Of a stretch of 64,000 nucleotides of DNA, positions 23,999 to 39,108 are shown piece after piece. Under the pieces are notes generated by a model, which did not search any database, was not told the origin of the DNA, and worked only from the letters and a program-made list of their open reading frames with translations. The DNA is from Takakia lepidozioides (taxonomy: Eukaryota > Plantae > Bryophyta): positions 39,742,001 through 39,806,000 of the forward strand of contig CM060731.1 of the NCBI GenBank assembly GCA_030704615.1. Reading direction: 5' to 3'. Both the position numbers and the translations under genes were made by a program. Each line of letters begins with the position of its first letter. Position 1 is the stretch's first letter.

Positions 23999-26229
23999 AT
24001 GGCGATGGTGGGGAGAGGGGAGAGCGTGGGGAGGCTGCAAGCGAGGGCCGAGGCGTTGGATAGAGCAGTGCGTGCGCTTCCATCGGAGGTGCTGACATCG
24101 GAATGCCGTGCACGCTTGTTGAAATTGGTTCGGGCTGAACGCAAATTTGTGGATCGTCTCGCTCGCGCGGACATCTGTGCCATTTCTGATGCTCATCTGC
24201 GCAGGTACTTTCAGATTTGAATTGTTTTGTATAAGAGGAGAGAAATATCTGGATTTGAGTAAACGAGGATTTTGTGTGGATGGGAAATTGTGTGCTGAAA
24301 CTTGATTATACTGAAACAAGCAGCCTGATTTTTTGTTTCCTTTCCTTTGCTCATCCGTGAATGAGGAAAGGTTCTGTACCACTTTAAGAGTTGGACGTAA
24401 ACGGACTTGGAAAGGTAATTTTGATGGAAGGATCGAGAATCCACAAAAGCTGGGTGTGCACTCGGAATGTGTCGGAGAACAAACTGTCTTTGAAAATGCC
24501 ATTGGGTGCTGATTGATTGCCAGTTTACATTGCCAAACTTTTTGTATACGCTTATGGTGTCTTCAGCACAAACTTCGACCACTTCGAAGGTCTGGTTCAT
24601 ATACTGCAACATCCAGGTTTCCACTTTGTTGGAGCAAATGCAGCGATGAAGTCCTTTCCAGCGTGCGTTGCAGATGGGACTCAGGAGATTGGAAAATCAA
24701 ATGAAGCTGCATTAGAGTCCATGGGATCTTTTGCACATGTTGATGTTGTTTGCATGCTGCAAGGGCAACCCGTTTGGTTGGTGGTATCCAATAGCAACAC
24801 TCGAAATCTTTCCTGGTGGAATATAAGCAATAAAAAAAGGGGACTCAGATCGCGCATTGAATTGTTATTAAATGCAGCTTCTTTGAATCCTGTAGCACGA
24901 CCATCGGCTATTTTGCTCTTTTTTCGGGAAGGACTAGATGGCGAAATAGAAACTCGGCTACAGGAGGAATTTCGGGCTGAGAGGATGGCAAGGCCTAGTT
25001 TGGAGTCAAAAGTATCCTGCTTCGAGACTGAGTTCAGGACTTCTGAAATCGAGAAGGGAGAGTGGGTGAACATTTCCATTCTGCATGATACTACAGAATG
25101 GACCAGCTATAGAATTGAGGTGCTGCCAGCTTCTGTTTCCAATCCTAATACTACAAAAGAGCAGCTGTCATCAGTGAAACAATATCCAGAAGTATGTGGC
25201 AGGCAAGAGGAGGCAGAACAAGGAGGGTTAGTGTCAGTGGGGTTTAACAGGCCACTGCTCAGTGGACCTATCCAAAAACATGTGGGGGTTTTAGGGCACT
25301 CTTCCAGAGAAAATCTGTCTGCATTGTGCATAACCGCAAGGCAATGTTGGAGCCAACCTGGAGTGCATGATCTGATGCAAAGGCCAGGGAGGCTAATTAA
25401 TCTGGACACAACAGCTCTTGTGGCACTTGTCTCAGGATTGAGCAATGGTGATGCGCAAATATTGACAGAGATGTCAGTAGAAGAGAGGGAGAGACGTTTC
25501 CCAAAAATGGCCAACTTTATATATGATCAGGTATGCCTTCTGAGTTGTTAGCCATAGTACACATAGTGTGTATCAACTGTCTAGTATGACTGCTTGACAA
25601 TGTGCTCCCTGATATTGTGACTTGCTGTATATCTGCAGGTGAGACAGCATCTTCTCCGCTGATGACAGTTTTGGCAAATCTGCAGGAGGCTCATGTTTGT
25701 CTTTGGTTATTTCAGGCACTGTCAGAGATGGAGACACCTCTGCTGACTGAATTCCAGGAAGTTCTTGCCCACAAGCTCCCTGTGATCTCGCAGTACGTGC
25801 TTGAGGAGTTCAAGTCTATTGTTTCTGCAAATGGAGGACCTCATGAACAACAGCGGGCTGAGGAACTGTTACGCTGCTTGAAGTGTGTCCCATTTGCCTT
25901 CTTTGCAGAAAGCTTTTGATAGGACAATACATGCTAATTAATGCAAGTGGTAGGCTGGTGTTTTCTGCAGTGAACCAAGTTTCCAAGTACTTAGACGTGT
26001 TGATGATGTGATCCCTTGCAGGATGGTGCCAAACATGGCATCTGCACGAGTGATGGCCCTAACTGAGACAGCCAAGGTAAAGCCAAGGCACAAGCTTGTG
26101 TTTGGCACTGGCGACTTTTGGCAGGCACCCACGTTAACTGCCAACATCGGCTTTGTACGTGCTGTCCGCCAAACTGGAATGGTCCTTGATATTATTCAAC
26201 ACCGACCTTGTGCTCTGACTGGTGCTTAG
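23999..26229 (+). CDS. DUF1308 / UPF0415 (C7orf25-like) protein; exons 23999-24204, 24567-25530, 25716-25882, 26022-26229
   Basis: Motifs STNFDHFEG, HVDVVC, INLDTTALVALVSGLSNG, GGPHEQQRA, VFGTGDFWQAPTLTANIGFVRA and HRPCALTG. GT-AG junctions are in frame. Confidence 0.85.
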
Positions 26230-28172
26230 ATGCCCTGATGGAACGTAATGCTTCCAGCACAAGCTTGTCAGGAGGACCACATTTTGAAATCTGATACAAA
26301 ATTATGATCACAAAGTAACCATCAATGTTTTTGACACAAAAAGATGATCAGCGCCAACTCGGCATGAAGACAGTGAAGTTATTTACTGGTGAAATCGCAA
26401 GTAAGGGTAACCGACATGACACATATGCGGATTTGCATGGTAGTTAACTTTACCGGGCCACACGAGTGGAGTGCTCTCAATTGGGAACGTACAACGATTC
26501 GCTTGAATCAGTTAAGGCTTGTTGCACATTCTTGCACATTTTGTTGAGGAAATGACAAGGTCATGCTTGTGTAGTCCAGCTATGTGTGACTTACAGTGGG
26601 TAACCAAACTTCTCTGATTGAAAAGTTGATTGCTACTGCCGTGCAAGTTGCACCCACATTTGATGCTATGAGAGTTGAAATGTTCCCCAACACCCAAAGA
26701 ATCATGTACAACAGATATTGACTCTGGATTTCAGAATTCTTCAGTCGAAGTGTGTGCAAATGTGCACACTAGATCCCACCTGGATTATTTTCAGAAGAAT
26801 GCATCAGCCATGATTCTGGTACGAGAACATCTGCATGTGAAAGTTGGTGATGTTCACAGAAGCTTTGATCCAAGATAGCTGTGTTCCACTAGCTGACCCA
26901 CTTTTCAAAATGAATTTATGAATGCTCAGTTGACTACCATAATGTCCAGACACTGAAATTTGAGTGACCACAAACCTCTTCCTGTAGTAGACTGACATTG
27001 TATGGCCAAACTCGAATAATGTCTGCACTGCCGTTGTATGGCATACCCTCAGATTTCTTTCCTTTCCATTACTTCACATCAAAAACCTCCTGAGCCTCAA
27101 GTTCCTTCCATGATAATATTGCTCTCAAGTCATCCTTATCATATGAAATACTAGCACATGGCGTGGCGATCGGTTCTGACACTCGTTGACCATTGTCTTC
27201 TCCAAGGCAGCTATGACAGAAAATTCTTTCAGGCTCTTGAGGGGGTTCCTCCACTTTCGTGGTGCCACCTACAAACACAAATCCCTCCATGTCTGCATGA
27301 ATCAAAGTTCAGTGTTCTTCGTAGCCCTAGAACCAGACCACCGCCTATGGTTGCAAACCAGATTTAGCAGGAGCAACTCAGATCATTATCTATTAGCAGC
27401 ACAATGGCATTCTGTATTCTTCACGTAAGAGCTTCAGATTAGCCTGTGCAAAGGGGGAAACAACATTATGTGCACTGAGGAGATTACTGCATGCAGTTGC
27501 TGGACCATGACACCCAAATGAAGGAAGGTCTCAAATGAGAAAGGGAGACAAGACTCCGGCCGCTTCCTCTGGCAATCAGGGTACTGCCCCCTGTCGGTGA
27601 TGGGCTCTATGCCTCGCAATGAATTCAACCTTTGCATCCCATTGTCTAGAGAAGTGACACAGAATGACCATTGCAACACAATGCTTCAACCTTTGTATCC
27701 CATTGTCTACAGAATGACAAACGCAAAGTTGCAACAGCCAAAAACCAGAAAATGCCCATCTCCAATCGCATTGGAACAAGGCACAAACAGCATTACCTGT
27801 TTGAACATAGATGGGGTGTGGTCATTTCACAATCTGACATTCATGTTCACAAAAAGGCCCTAGGTTTTTACGTTCTTACTAATGCAACATTGGAGCCTTG
27901 CAAAGGAAGATTAAGCTGAGCCTCCCACACCACAATGTAATGGAGTCTGTAGAACATACATGGTGACACCGTCATTCTGAGCAGTATGTTGCTGCTTACC
28001 TTACCCTTTTCTATGAGTACTGTCTTCCTAAATGTTAGTGCGAGAGGACAATCCCCCCTATATCTATTTCCTAACCGTGTGGGGAAGGCTGCAATAACTC
28101 AGTAGGCAGGTTCCTCCCAATCGCATATTCTGGAGACCTAGGAAAATGAAACCGACACTGACCTTTAAAAGA

Positions 28173-30650
<2,478 letters not shown>

Positions 30651-31139
30651 AGGCTCCGGCCGCGGCATCCACACTCACACCCCACTCTCTCACACGCCAA
30701 GCACACCTCGCTCTTGCGAGACGCAGCCCTCTTGTGTGGCTACACAGGGCGCGCGGCAGGCGCCAGCCCTGCTGCCAATCAGCGCCTGCGTCGCTCGGCC
30801 CTGTGCGTCGTCTCCAAGCGCCGCACCCCACTTCCCATCCCCTCCCCCTCCTCTCCCTCTCCCTCTCCCTCTCCCTCTCCCTCTCCCTTCCTCACTTGGC
30901 ATCCTTCCACTTTTAGAGAGACCCGCTTTGTTCTTTGGTTTTTTTTTCCCCCAGAAGGGATGGGAAGAAGCCCTTAACCCTTAAAATCAAATTAAAGAGA
31001 TCAGGGAAAAAGTAAGCATGATAGGAGGGAGGTCATGAAGACTTACACCATGTTCGATCTTTCAGGAAGCCAGCACCCCAGGGAAAAGCTTACTCTTGAG
31101 GATACTGATGAAGCTCCCAACTAAAACACTACTTTTGAT

Positions 31140-34100
31140 CTAACCAGGGCGGCTTCGGGGCTTTTTGAGTTTGACGAACGTGGACACGATAAGTATGATG
31201 AGCGGCGTCGCCGCCAGACCTCGGCGAGGCCTGCAGCTCCGCCAACTTAGTGGAGGTGTTGGCAGTAGCGACAACGGTAGCAGCGCTAAGCGAGCAAGTG
31301 GCCGATGTGCAACAGTGGGCCCCATGCCGGTCAGGCGGCCTCGATCGGCTCGTCCCCCAGCTCGTTTAGCCCCGACGCTGTACAGGCAGCCAACTCCAGC
31401 CCTCACCACAACCCCTTTACTACCTACTCCACCATCCCTGGCAGTTCGCTCCCCAGAGCAACGAGAGGTGCTGAACACCGCCGCAACTACTCCTACTGGA
31501 AGACCTGCTCCTCTTGGAAGACCCCAATGCCAACGTATCCCTACCCCTAGCTCACATGTTTCTGATGCGCACCAGAGTCCAAGCTCCAGACACCAAGTTC
31601 AAGAAGAGTCGTCATCCTCACAACGGTCTTCTCCACCGCTGATTCCAGGTTCTTCCATTGGCGCCCCACCGACCGAAGAACTCCCACAGTGTCTGTTGAG
31701 CCCTCCCCCACTGCGCCTCTCAGGTAGGGTTCGAGGTCCCACGCCAGTCACTTCTCCTCCAGGTTCTCCATCCCATTCTCGGCAGCGGCTTCAAGGCAGC
31801 CCAACTCTTCTTGGTCATGAGCCTCTTCACGTGCCTTCTTCTCTAGTTGTGCAGCCTGCATTGCCGATCCCATCACTCTTACCCCAACAGCAGGCACCTC
31901 TCCCATCAGACTGTACCCCATACCCAGCTTGCGGTCGTCTTTTTGCGCGCATCGGAGGGCTTGCGCGACACCAACGCACGTGTGCGGCTCTTCATCAGTC
32001 CCACACAAATGGTACTTCTTCATTTCACCCCAGTGTCTTGCACGCACCACCTCCTGTCTCTGCTTGGCATTGGATTTCAGCGCTAGATGTTCTGGGCGCA
32101 TTTTAGCTAGGACTGCCAAGGCCTCGTCTTTATACAAGAATTCCGGTGGCACTACGTCATGAGGTCCAACTGGCACTCCGTCTACCCTTAGACAGGCTGG
32201 CTCGTGATCCTAATGATATACCAGCATGGTGTCTTTTCTTGTTATTTCCTCAGTGGTGTTTGGTTTTGCCCCCTCGTGGCGGTCAGTCAGGGCACAGAAA
32301 GACGCGCATCCGTCTTCGCCATTTTTTATCTGGAGATTGGGAGAGTCTGCAAGATGAACATCAATTACGGGCACTAGCCCTTGCGGCACGCGCCCCTCCC
32401 GCTTCCTCCACGCAGCCACCCTCATCGGCCCACGGGCGACTTCGTCATAGTCTCATGTTACCTGTGGGTTGGCGAGTACTCACGCGCGGCCAAGGCTTTA
32501 GCACCTTCCTCACCAGCGCCTCCATCACCGGATACTGTCACTGCCCTTGAAGCCCTTCACCCATCAGCTCAGGATATTCTGCCGTTTTTTGTTGAGGACT
32601 TCGAGCCAGACCAGCTAGATCGGGAGGTCTTCACTCAGGCCTTCACGCACAGTCCTCATCTTGCAGCGGCAGGTTCTTCCGGTCTCATGTATGAGCACTT
32701 ACGCGACTGTTTCTCTCCACAGGATTTTGCTAGTGGCTTCTCTCAGCTATTTCAGATTTACTCCTTTATTGCTGCTGGCCGTATCCCTGCCCCAGCGGCC
32801 CGTCTCCTTGGGGCCTCCAGATTGTTGGCTATGAGCAAACCCTCAGGTACTGGCATCCGCCCTATCGCAGTTGGAGAGGTTCTTTACCGCCTTGTCAGCC
32901 GCTCACTTTGTCTTCAGTTTTGAGATGCCTTCTCCGGACACCTCTTTCCGCACCAGTTCGGGGTCGCCACTCTAGGCGGGTGCGAAGCGGTGGTTCAAGG
33001 GATTCGTGCAGCTCTTGATCTTCATCCGGATTGGGTGGTTCTCCAGGTCGACGTCACCAACGCTTTCCACTGTGTCACGAGCGGCTATCTTTCAGGAGCT
33101 CCGTTCAGCCGGAGGAGATTTCCACCAGCTCATTCCATTTGTTCGATTATGCTATGCATCCACTACTCCCCTATACTACAGTCATCATTCTCACCTAAGT
33201 GAGTGCTCCATCATTCAGTCCGAGGTTGGGACCCGCCAAGGCGACCCTTTAGGAGGACCTTTGTTTGTCATGGCTCATGTCCGCGCCCTCACGGCTTCTG
33301 CACAAGTTCACTCATCTTGTTTTTTTCCGTCGGTGGCAACGACATGCACATTGTAGGCCCTGCCTCACAGGTACTTTCAGCTTACTATCATTTTGTCACC
33401 CAACTCTCTACCGTGGGCCTTTCAGTAAACCTCGCAAAAGCAGCAGCCAAATTATTGGCTTTCTTCCAAGCCTTGTTAGCCACAGAGAGTTCATTCTTAC
33501 AGACCATGAATGTCTGTCCGGTCTCCCTGCAGATTTTGTCCTCCTTGCTCACTTCATTGCTCCGCCCAATGGCATCAGAATCCTAGGAGTCCCTTTTGGC
33601 ACCACCCAGTTCACAACGTCTTTCTTGGAAGATGCACTCCACCAGGATGCCACCCACGCCGATCTCCTTCCTAGGCTCGGAGATGTATAGGTAGCATATG
33701 GAATCTTGACCAAATATTTCCTTCAGCGTCCCTCATATCACTTGCGCACTGTTCCACCCAGTCTAGATTTTCTACACCTCTTATCTGGGTTTGATACTAC
33801 CATGATGACTATCTTCGGGAGATTGTTAGGACCAGGAGCTCTGGAGGGTACTCAGGGACTTTTGCCACTACAGCAAACCACCTTGCCCGTCTCTTCCGGT
33901 GGTGTGGGTCTTTTGTCCACTGTCACTACCGCCCCGTCAGCTTTCCTCGGCAGTTGGGCATTGGTGGCGCCAGCCCTCGCTTCACGATTTCTCTGTGACC
34001 ATCGTCTCATCCTTATGGATGCCGTTGCACATGTCGACAGTGGCATTTTACCCTTCCAGCAGCATCTCCGCTCTGCACGAGATCTTCTTCCAGCACCGGC

Positions 34101-35240
34101 GCGAGCATGTCTACCACCATTTGAGCAGTTGGTTGCTCAAGGCCTCGACCATCTTCAGGAGTCCATTTCCGAGCGCGTGCACCGTCATTCCTTTTCCGGC
34201 ATGCTCTCAAGTGCTTCTTCTGAGTTGCATCGAGCCCGACTTCTATCATGCACAGGACCCGGAGCATGAGCATGGTTGACAGCACGACCCATTATCGCAC
34301 ATTTTCGCCTATCATCCCCTATTTTCACTACTGCGCTCCGCCTTCGACTCGGTTTGCCTCATCCTTCGGCATGGGGCCTTCAGTGTTGCGTATGTCTTCA
34401 GCCCATCGATAACCTTGTCATCCATCTCCTCCGCTGTCCATGTGGTGGTGAGCGCACTGCGTCTCATGATATGGTTCGCGATGCGGTGACATCTATTGCT
34501 CGGGAGGCAGGGTATCATGTATTGCGTGAGCAACCACATCTACGACCCACGCTCACGTCCCACTCTACACGCTGTCGTGTTGACATCGTCCTATCTAGAG
34601 ATGGTTTGCGTACCTTAGCAGATGTCGTTCTCACCGACCCCACTCGAGCGGATCTGCTATCTCGCGCAACTACCACACCAGGCACGGCAGCCACTGTAGC
34701 AGCCCATGCCAAGGAGCGCGACTACAGCGATCGTCACCCCACAGACACATTTATTCCACTGGCGGTCGAAATATTTGGCTCATTGCACCGGCACTTCGAC
34801 GATTTCCTACGGACATGTGCACATCATGCAGCCAAGAGCGGGTCCACTGGCATCCCGCATGCCTCCGTCCTTGTCGCCTACTATCGACAACGTGTTTCAG
34901 TTGCTTAGCAGAGAGCACAAGCCATCTCTATTTTGCATCGGGCTGATGTGGCTAGCTCCGCGTCATCTCGTCTTCCGCCTCTGCCTGACACTTTGCCTAT
35001 CTCCTTGCCTAATCTCCTCCAGGCTGTTGGCTGGGAGGGTCGCTCTGCTTGAGTAGTTTACTATAGCTTCTGTTTTCGTCGCTGATTGAGTAACTTACTA
35101 GAGCTTTTGTTTTTTTCTCTAGCTGAGTAGCTTACTATAGCTTTTTGTTTTCTTCTCTTGTTTCTTGTTCCTCCCCCCCCTTTTTGGGAACTTCACATCA
35201 TATGCACGTTCACCCATTGTACATGTTGTAAATAAAGTCT
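31140..35240 (+). mobile_element. Near full-length, degenerate CRE-clade-like (RLE) non-LTR retrotransposon
   Basis: One ORF broken by stops and frameshifts. It encodes a zinc finger (ACGRLF..IGGLARHQRTC), RT motifs GIRPIAVGE, QFGV, QVDVTNAF, GTRQGDPLG, a frameshifted A-DD and ILGVPFG, then LP...GGVGL, a CCHC and RLE (HDMVRD, RVDIV, ADV, AKERDY, FIPLAVE). The 3' UTR has a triple repeat and AATAAA at ~35231. Ends are approximate; no TSD found. Confidence 0.88.
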
Positions 35241-36879
35241 TACAGGGTCTCATCATTACACAATGGGTTCGCTGATCACCGAGCAATAAGCTAGAAGGGT
35301 TACAAAGAAAAGACACAGGGAACTCGACTGGCAGACATCCCCCTGCCTGGCACAAACTACATGGCACAAACCTCCTGCCATAGTATTAAGTTACTGCAAC
35401 CTGAGATCTGCGAAGTAGCTGAAACTGCAAGCTAGACTTAACAGAGGCGTCAGACTGGCAAACAATCTCTTGACAGGGCTAAGTTCAAAAAATGAGCAGG
35501 CTGGCACTGAGGAACAGAAGCCAAAGCCTACAAAACATAAGATTTGCAGTGATGCGGACCAACTACCAACGATTCATATCTTGTTGATTCTTTTCTTTGA
35601 CACACTAAGAGTCTTTGTGTACACTCAAGTATTGGTGGAAAAGTCTGATCATGTTCCTTAAAGCAAGCACCACATCAGGTTGTTCTTGCTCAGTAGAAGT
35701 CTGTTAGAAAGTTCCTTTGATTTTGCCAGCCATTATCCCTGTGATCATGTATGAAGATATACAGCATATATTCCATCAACTCTGTATGAACAGCATTCGA
35801 ACCATCTTCGACTCATCAATTGCAATGTGGCAACTTATATATCTACAGAAGATGATGTGTGCAATGTACATCCAAGTACAGAGACACAAGCCATAGAAAC
35901 CTTGCATTTCTGTGCCTACCTAAAACCCTGCCACTATCACCCACTGGCTTGAGAAAAGCTCCATTATTCAGGACGATTTTCCTTGTGTTGAAGGTTTGGT
36001 TGGCAAATTCGCAATATAATCCTCAGTGACAAAATTAACTTTGAACTTGGTGGGGTTTGTCAATGCCCACTAGAGATGAAGTTGTGCACAAGGGAAATAT
36101 CGGACATTGTTGTCTTCACATATTTGCTGCAAGCATTCAAAACACAGAATTGATTAATGCAGATGTAACTCATTGCATTTGTACAAACCTCAACCATTTC
36201 CCTCCCCAAACACTCACTTGCAATGGCCCACCTTCCCAGTAACTCATCCCTATCTCAAGTGTTTATCCACTTTCCAACATGAGTGACAGAGAACCGTTCA
36301 GCAGCAACCAACTGAATCCACCATGGATACTTCTGCTGGTACTTCAAATGTGACTTGGAACTTGCTTTTGGTCCCATGAAACATAAGAGGCCACCTGAGG
36401 ACGACTCTCTCTTTCTCTCCCTAGCCCCTCCCTATGTATTGGCCCGCGGTCTATGGCCACAATGCTATGAAAAACGTCGTCTTATCAGTACATTCTCTCT
36501 CTCCCTCTATGTCTTTGATGTGGTCACTCTACTTGTTCTGGGCCCCATGCAGACATCCACTTTCTTTTTCTGTGAAACTTTCTTTCTTTTTTCATGTGTG
36601 AGCATATTGTGCTCACTACAAACCAGGCGTAGGGTATGTGGCTCCAACATCATGTAGTCTAGTGTGCAGGTAAGGGTCAGAGATGTGATTTTTCCACCTC
36701 ATTCAATGCCAGGAGAAATCAAGTGCACCAAGTGCACAACCAATTGTGCTTGGGCAGTGCTACCAAATCCTGGTATATCTGTGCAATGCCCTGTCAACAT
36801 TCTCAGAGCAGAAAAATGCAGTACGAAGGCACATACGTACCAGTATTTCCTCCAAAGGTTGCTTGTGTGAAGGGCTTTG

Positions 36880-39108
36880 TAGAGGTGACTCATTAGGGTT
36901 CTCCCTAGATCATAACCTAAAGCAGCTGCCCTATGAAGTTAGAAAGCCTCACCACTTTTCTCATTTGGAAGAAGAGCTGGCAAGAGCTGAAGGAGCTGAC
37001 TACCTTACTGCTGAACTATGCCTACAAGAAAGGTATCCATTCAGACTGCTTAAACACTTTGAAGGGCTGCTTAGTATGGCAACACAAAGAGAGTTGACAC
37101 TCCAAGGAACTTACATGGACTTGACTAAGAGCTATTCTGAATCTACCCTTGCTTGAGTACTTGGCTCCAACAACACCTTCCTTTTGCTTACTGACATGAG
37201 ACCAACCCCACTCCCTCTGGAGCATGGGCTGAATTAGGTGCTGCTACGATGTGTACCTATTGTTGACTGAAATGGCTGGAAGAACCTCTCTTACCTCTCC
37301 TCTCTTTGCTAATATGACCTGCTGCATTGATGAAATTGACAACAAATGTGAAATGGTTGAAGCTTGGGGTTCCACAGGAATCACTAATTAAACACAATTA
37401 CCCTATGGCTCGTATTGGTGATTTGATGGCTGCCTTGCAAGGAGCCTCTATTTTTCGGTAAAACTGATATAAAGAATGGTTACCATCAAATCAGGATACG
37501 AGAGGAAGATGTGCATAAAACAGCCTTTAGGACAAGATTTGGTCATTACAAGTTTTTGGTTATGGCATTTAACTTCAACTAATGCTCCAGCTACATTCAT
37601 GATGCTCATGATCGAAATTTTGATGCCTTTCATGGGTAAGTTTGTTATGGATTTATTGATGAGATTCTTGTCTACAGTAGAACCATTGAGGAACATGTCA
37701 TTCACCTTCGTCAAGTTTTGACTACATTACGAAAAGCTACAATATATATGCCAATACAAGTAAATATGCGTTGTTCAAGCTTGAGATGGAATATCTTGGG
37801 CATATAGAGTCAGTTATTGGAGTGAAGATGGATCCCAAGGTAGATGTTATACTCAAATGGCCTAGGCCCCTTGGTGTGACACCTTCGAAGTCCATTTTGG
37901 TGTTGGCTAGTTTCTATCAGAATTACATCGAGAATTACTCAAAGATGACAGCCCCAATGACTGATTTATCACAAACTAACAACTTGTTTGATTGGACTGA
38001 GACACAACAGAATTTTTTTGATCTACTACAGCTACTGTTGCTATGGCACCTGTGCATACGGTTGTAGATCCTCAAAAGCCTTTTGTAGTGGGAACGGATG
38101 CAAGTGGCATTGCAATTGGCGCAGTTCTCAGTCAAGAAGACAGGCCAATTGCTTTTGACAGTAGGAGGTTGATTCTAGCTCAGCAGCGATATCCCACACA
38201 TGAGGAGGAGTTGTATGCTGGCATACAAGCTTTGGGGGCATGGAGACATTATTTGTATAGTGCACAATTTACAGTTTATATGGATCACAAGACCCTTACC
38301 TACTTGTGTAACCAACCTGATCTGTCGGGACGTCAAGCTAGACGGTCAGAATTGTTAAGAATTTCATACAGAGATTTGAGATAGGAAGGGTAGAGATAAT
38401 GTGGTTGCTGATACACTATCTCATATTATGTATCGGATGAGTTTTACAATGATGGAGAGCGCTCATATTGATGAGATAAGAGCAGCTCAAGACATGGATG
38501 AGTATATCCAGAGTGTATGGCAAAAGGTTAACCAAGATGCTATTGCGCAAAGGGAGGGATGAGTTTATTCTGAGACCACCGCAAAAGTTCACACATTTAT
38601 CATACACCATTCCACTTACGGATGCTACTTGGGAGTCTGAGCAAAAACTAAGGAATACCCAGAGTTTGTCATTGAGGACAATGACTGATCTTGAAGGGGT
38701 AGAGAAATGTCATGGACTAGGTTACTAGGCCTAGATTAGTGGCTAAGCAAGGCTGGAAATAGAAAGTCACATTAGAAGCTGAGAAGACTTGGGACTGCGG
38801 AAGGGAAGAGGGAACAGTCAGAATGGCAAAGGCCAAGGATTAGGCCTTAGAGTAGCAAGCGAATAACAAAGGGTATTCTCAGTGCAAGGGGGGGATCTTC
38901 GGGGAGTAGTTAGGAGGACCCGATGGGAGACTCTGGAGCAGACACAGGCCTGTCCTTGACAAACAAGGCTGAGAACATTGTAGAAGACAGGACTTAGAGA
39001 ATACTCCTTAGCAAGTGGCAAGTAGAGGCGGATTCTAGGTTGGGTGGTTACCTTGCTCATACAGTAATGTATGAGACTGGTTTGCTATAATAAAACAGGA
39101 CTGTGACA
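36880..39108 (+). mobile_element. Old, internally deleted Ty3/gypsy remnant (RT, RNase H, chromodomain trace, 3' LTR) inside an SPT4 intron
   Basis: [37 protein letters not shown] and NAPATF at 37396-37600. VGTDASGIAIGAVLSQ..RPIAF and YPTHEEEL at 38090-38215. The integrase is essentially missing. The 5' boundary is approximate. Confidence 0.85.
38708..39108 (+). repeat. Putative 3' LTR (~400 bp) of the gypsy remnant
   Basis: Purine tract GAAGGGGTAGAGAAA directly before TGTCA, ending in TGACA (inverted termini). AATAAA at 39089. No matching 5' LTR seen. Confidence 0.65.

Noticed and set aside
26950-27720. Cys-containing minus-strand ORF 27069-27305 and a 25-bp direct duplication at 27624/27685
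   Set aside because: No recognisable domain or gene structure; insufficient support.
30971-30984. CCCTTAACCCTTAAA as a second piggyBac-like end or telomeric target of the LINE
   Set aside because: Too short, lacks the CGCCCAGT continuation and a partner TIR, and lies ~150 bp from the apparent LINE start.
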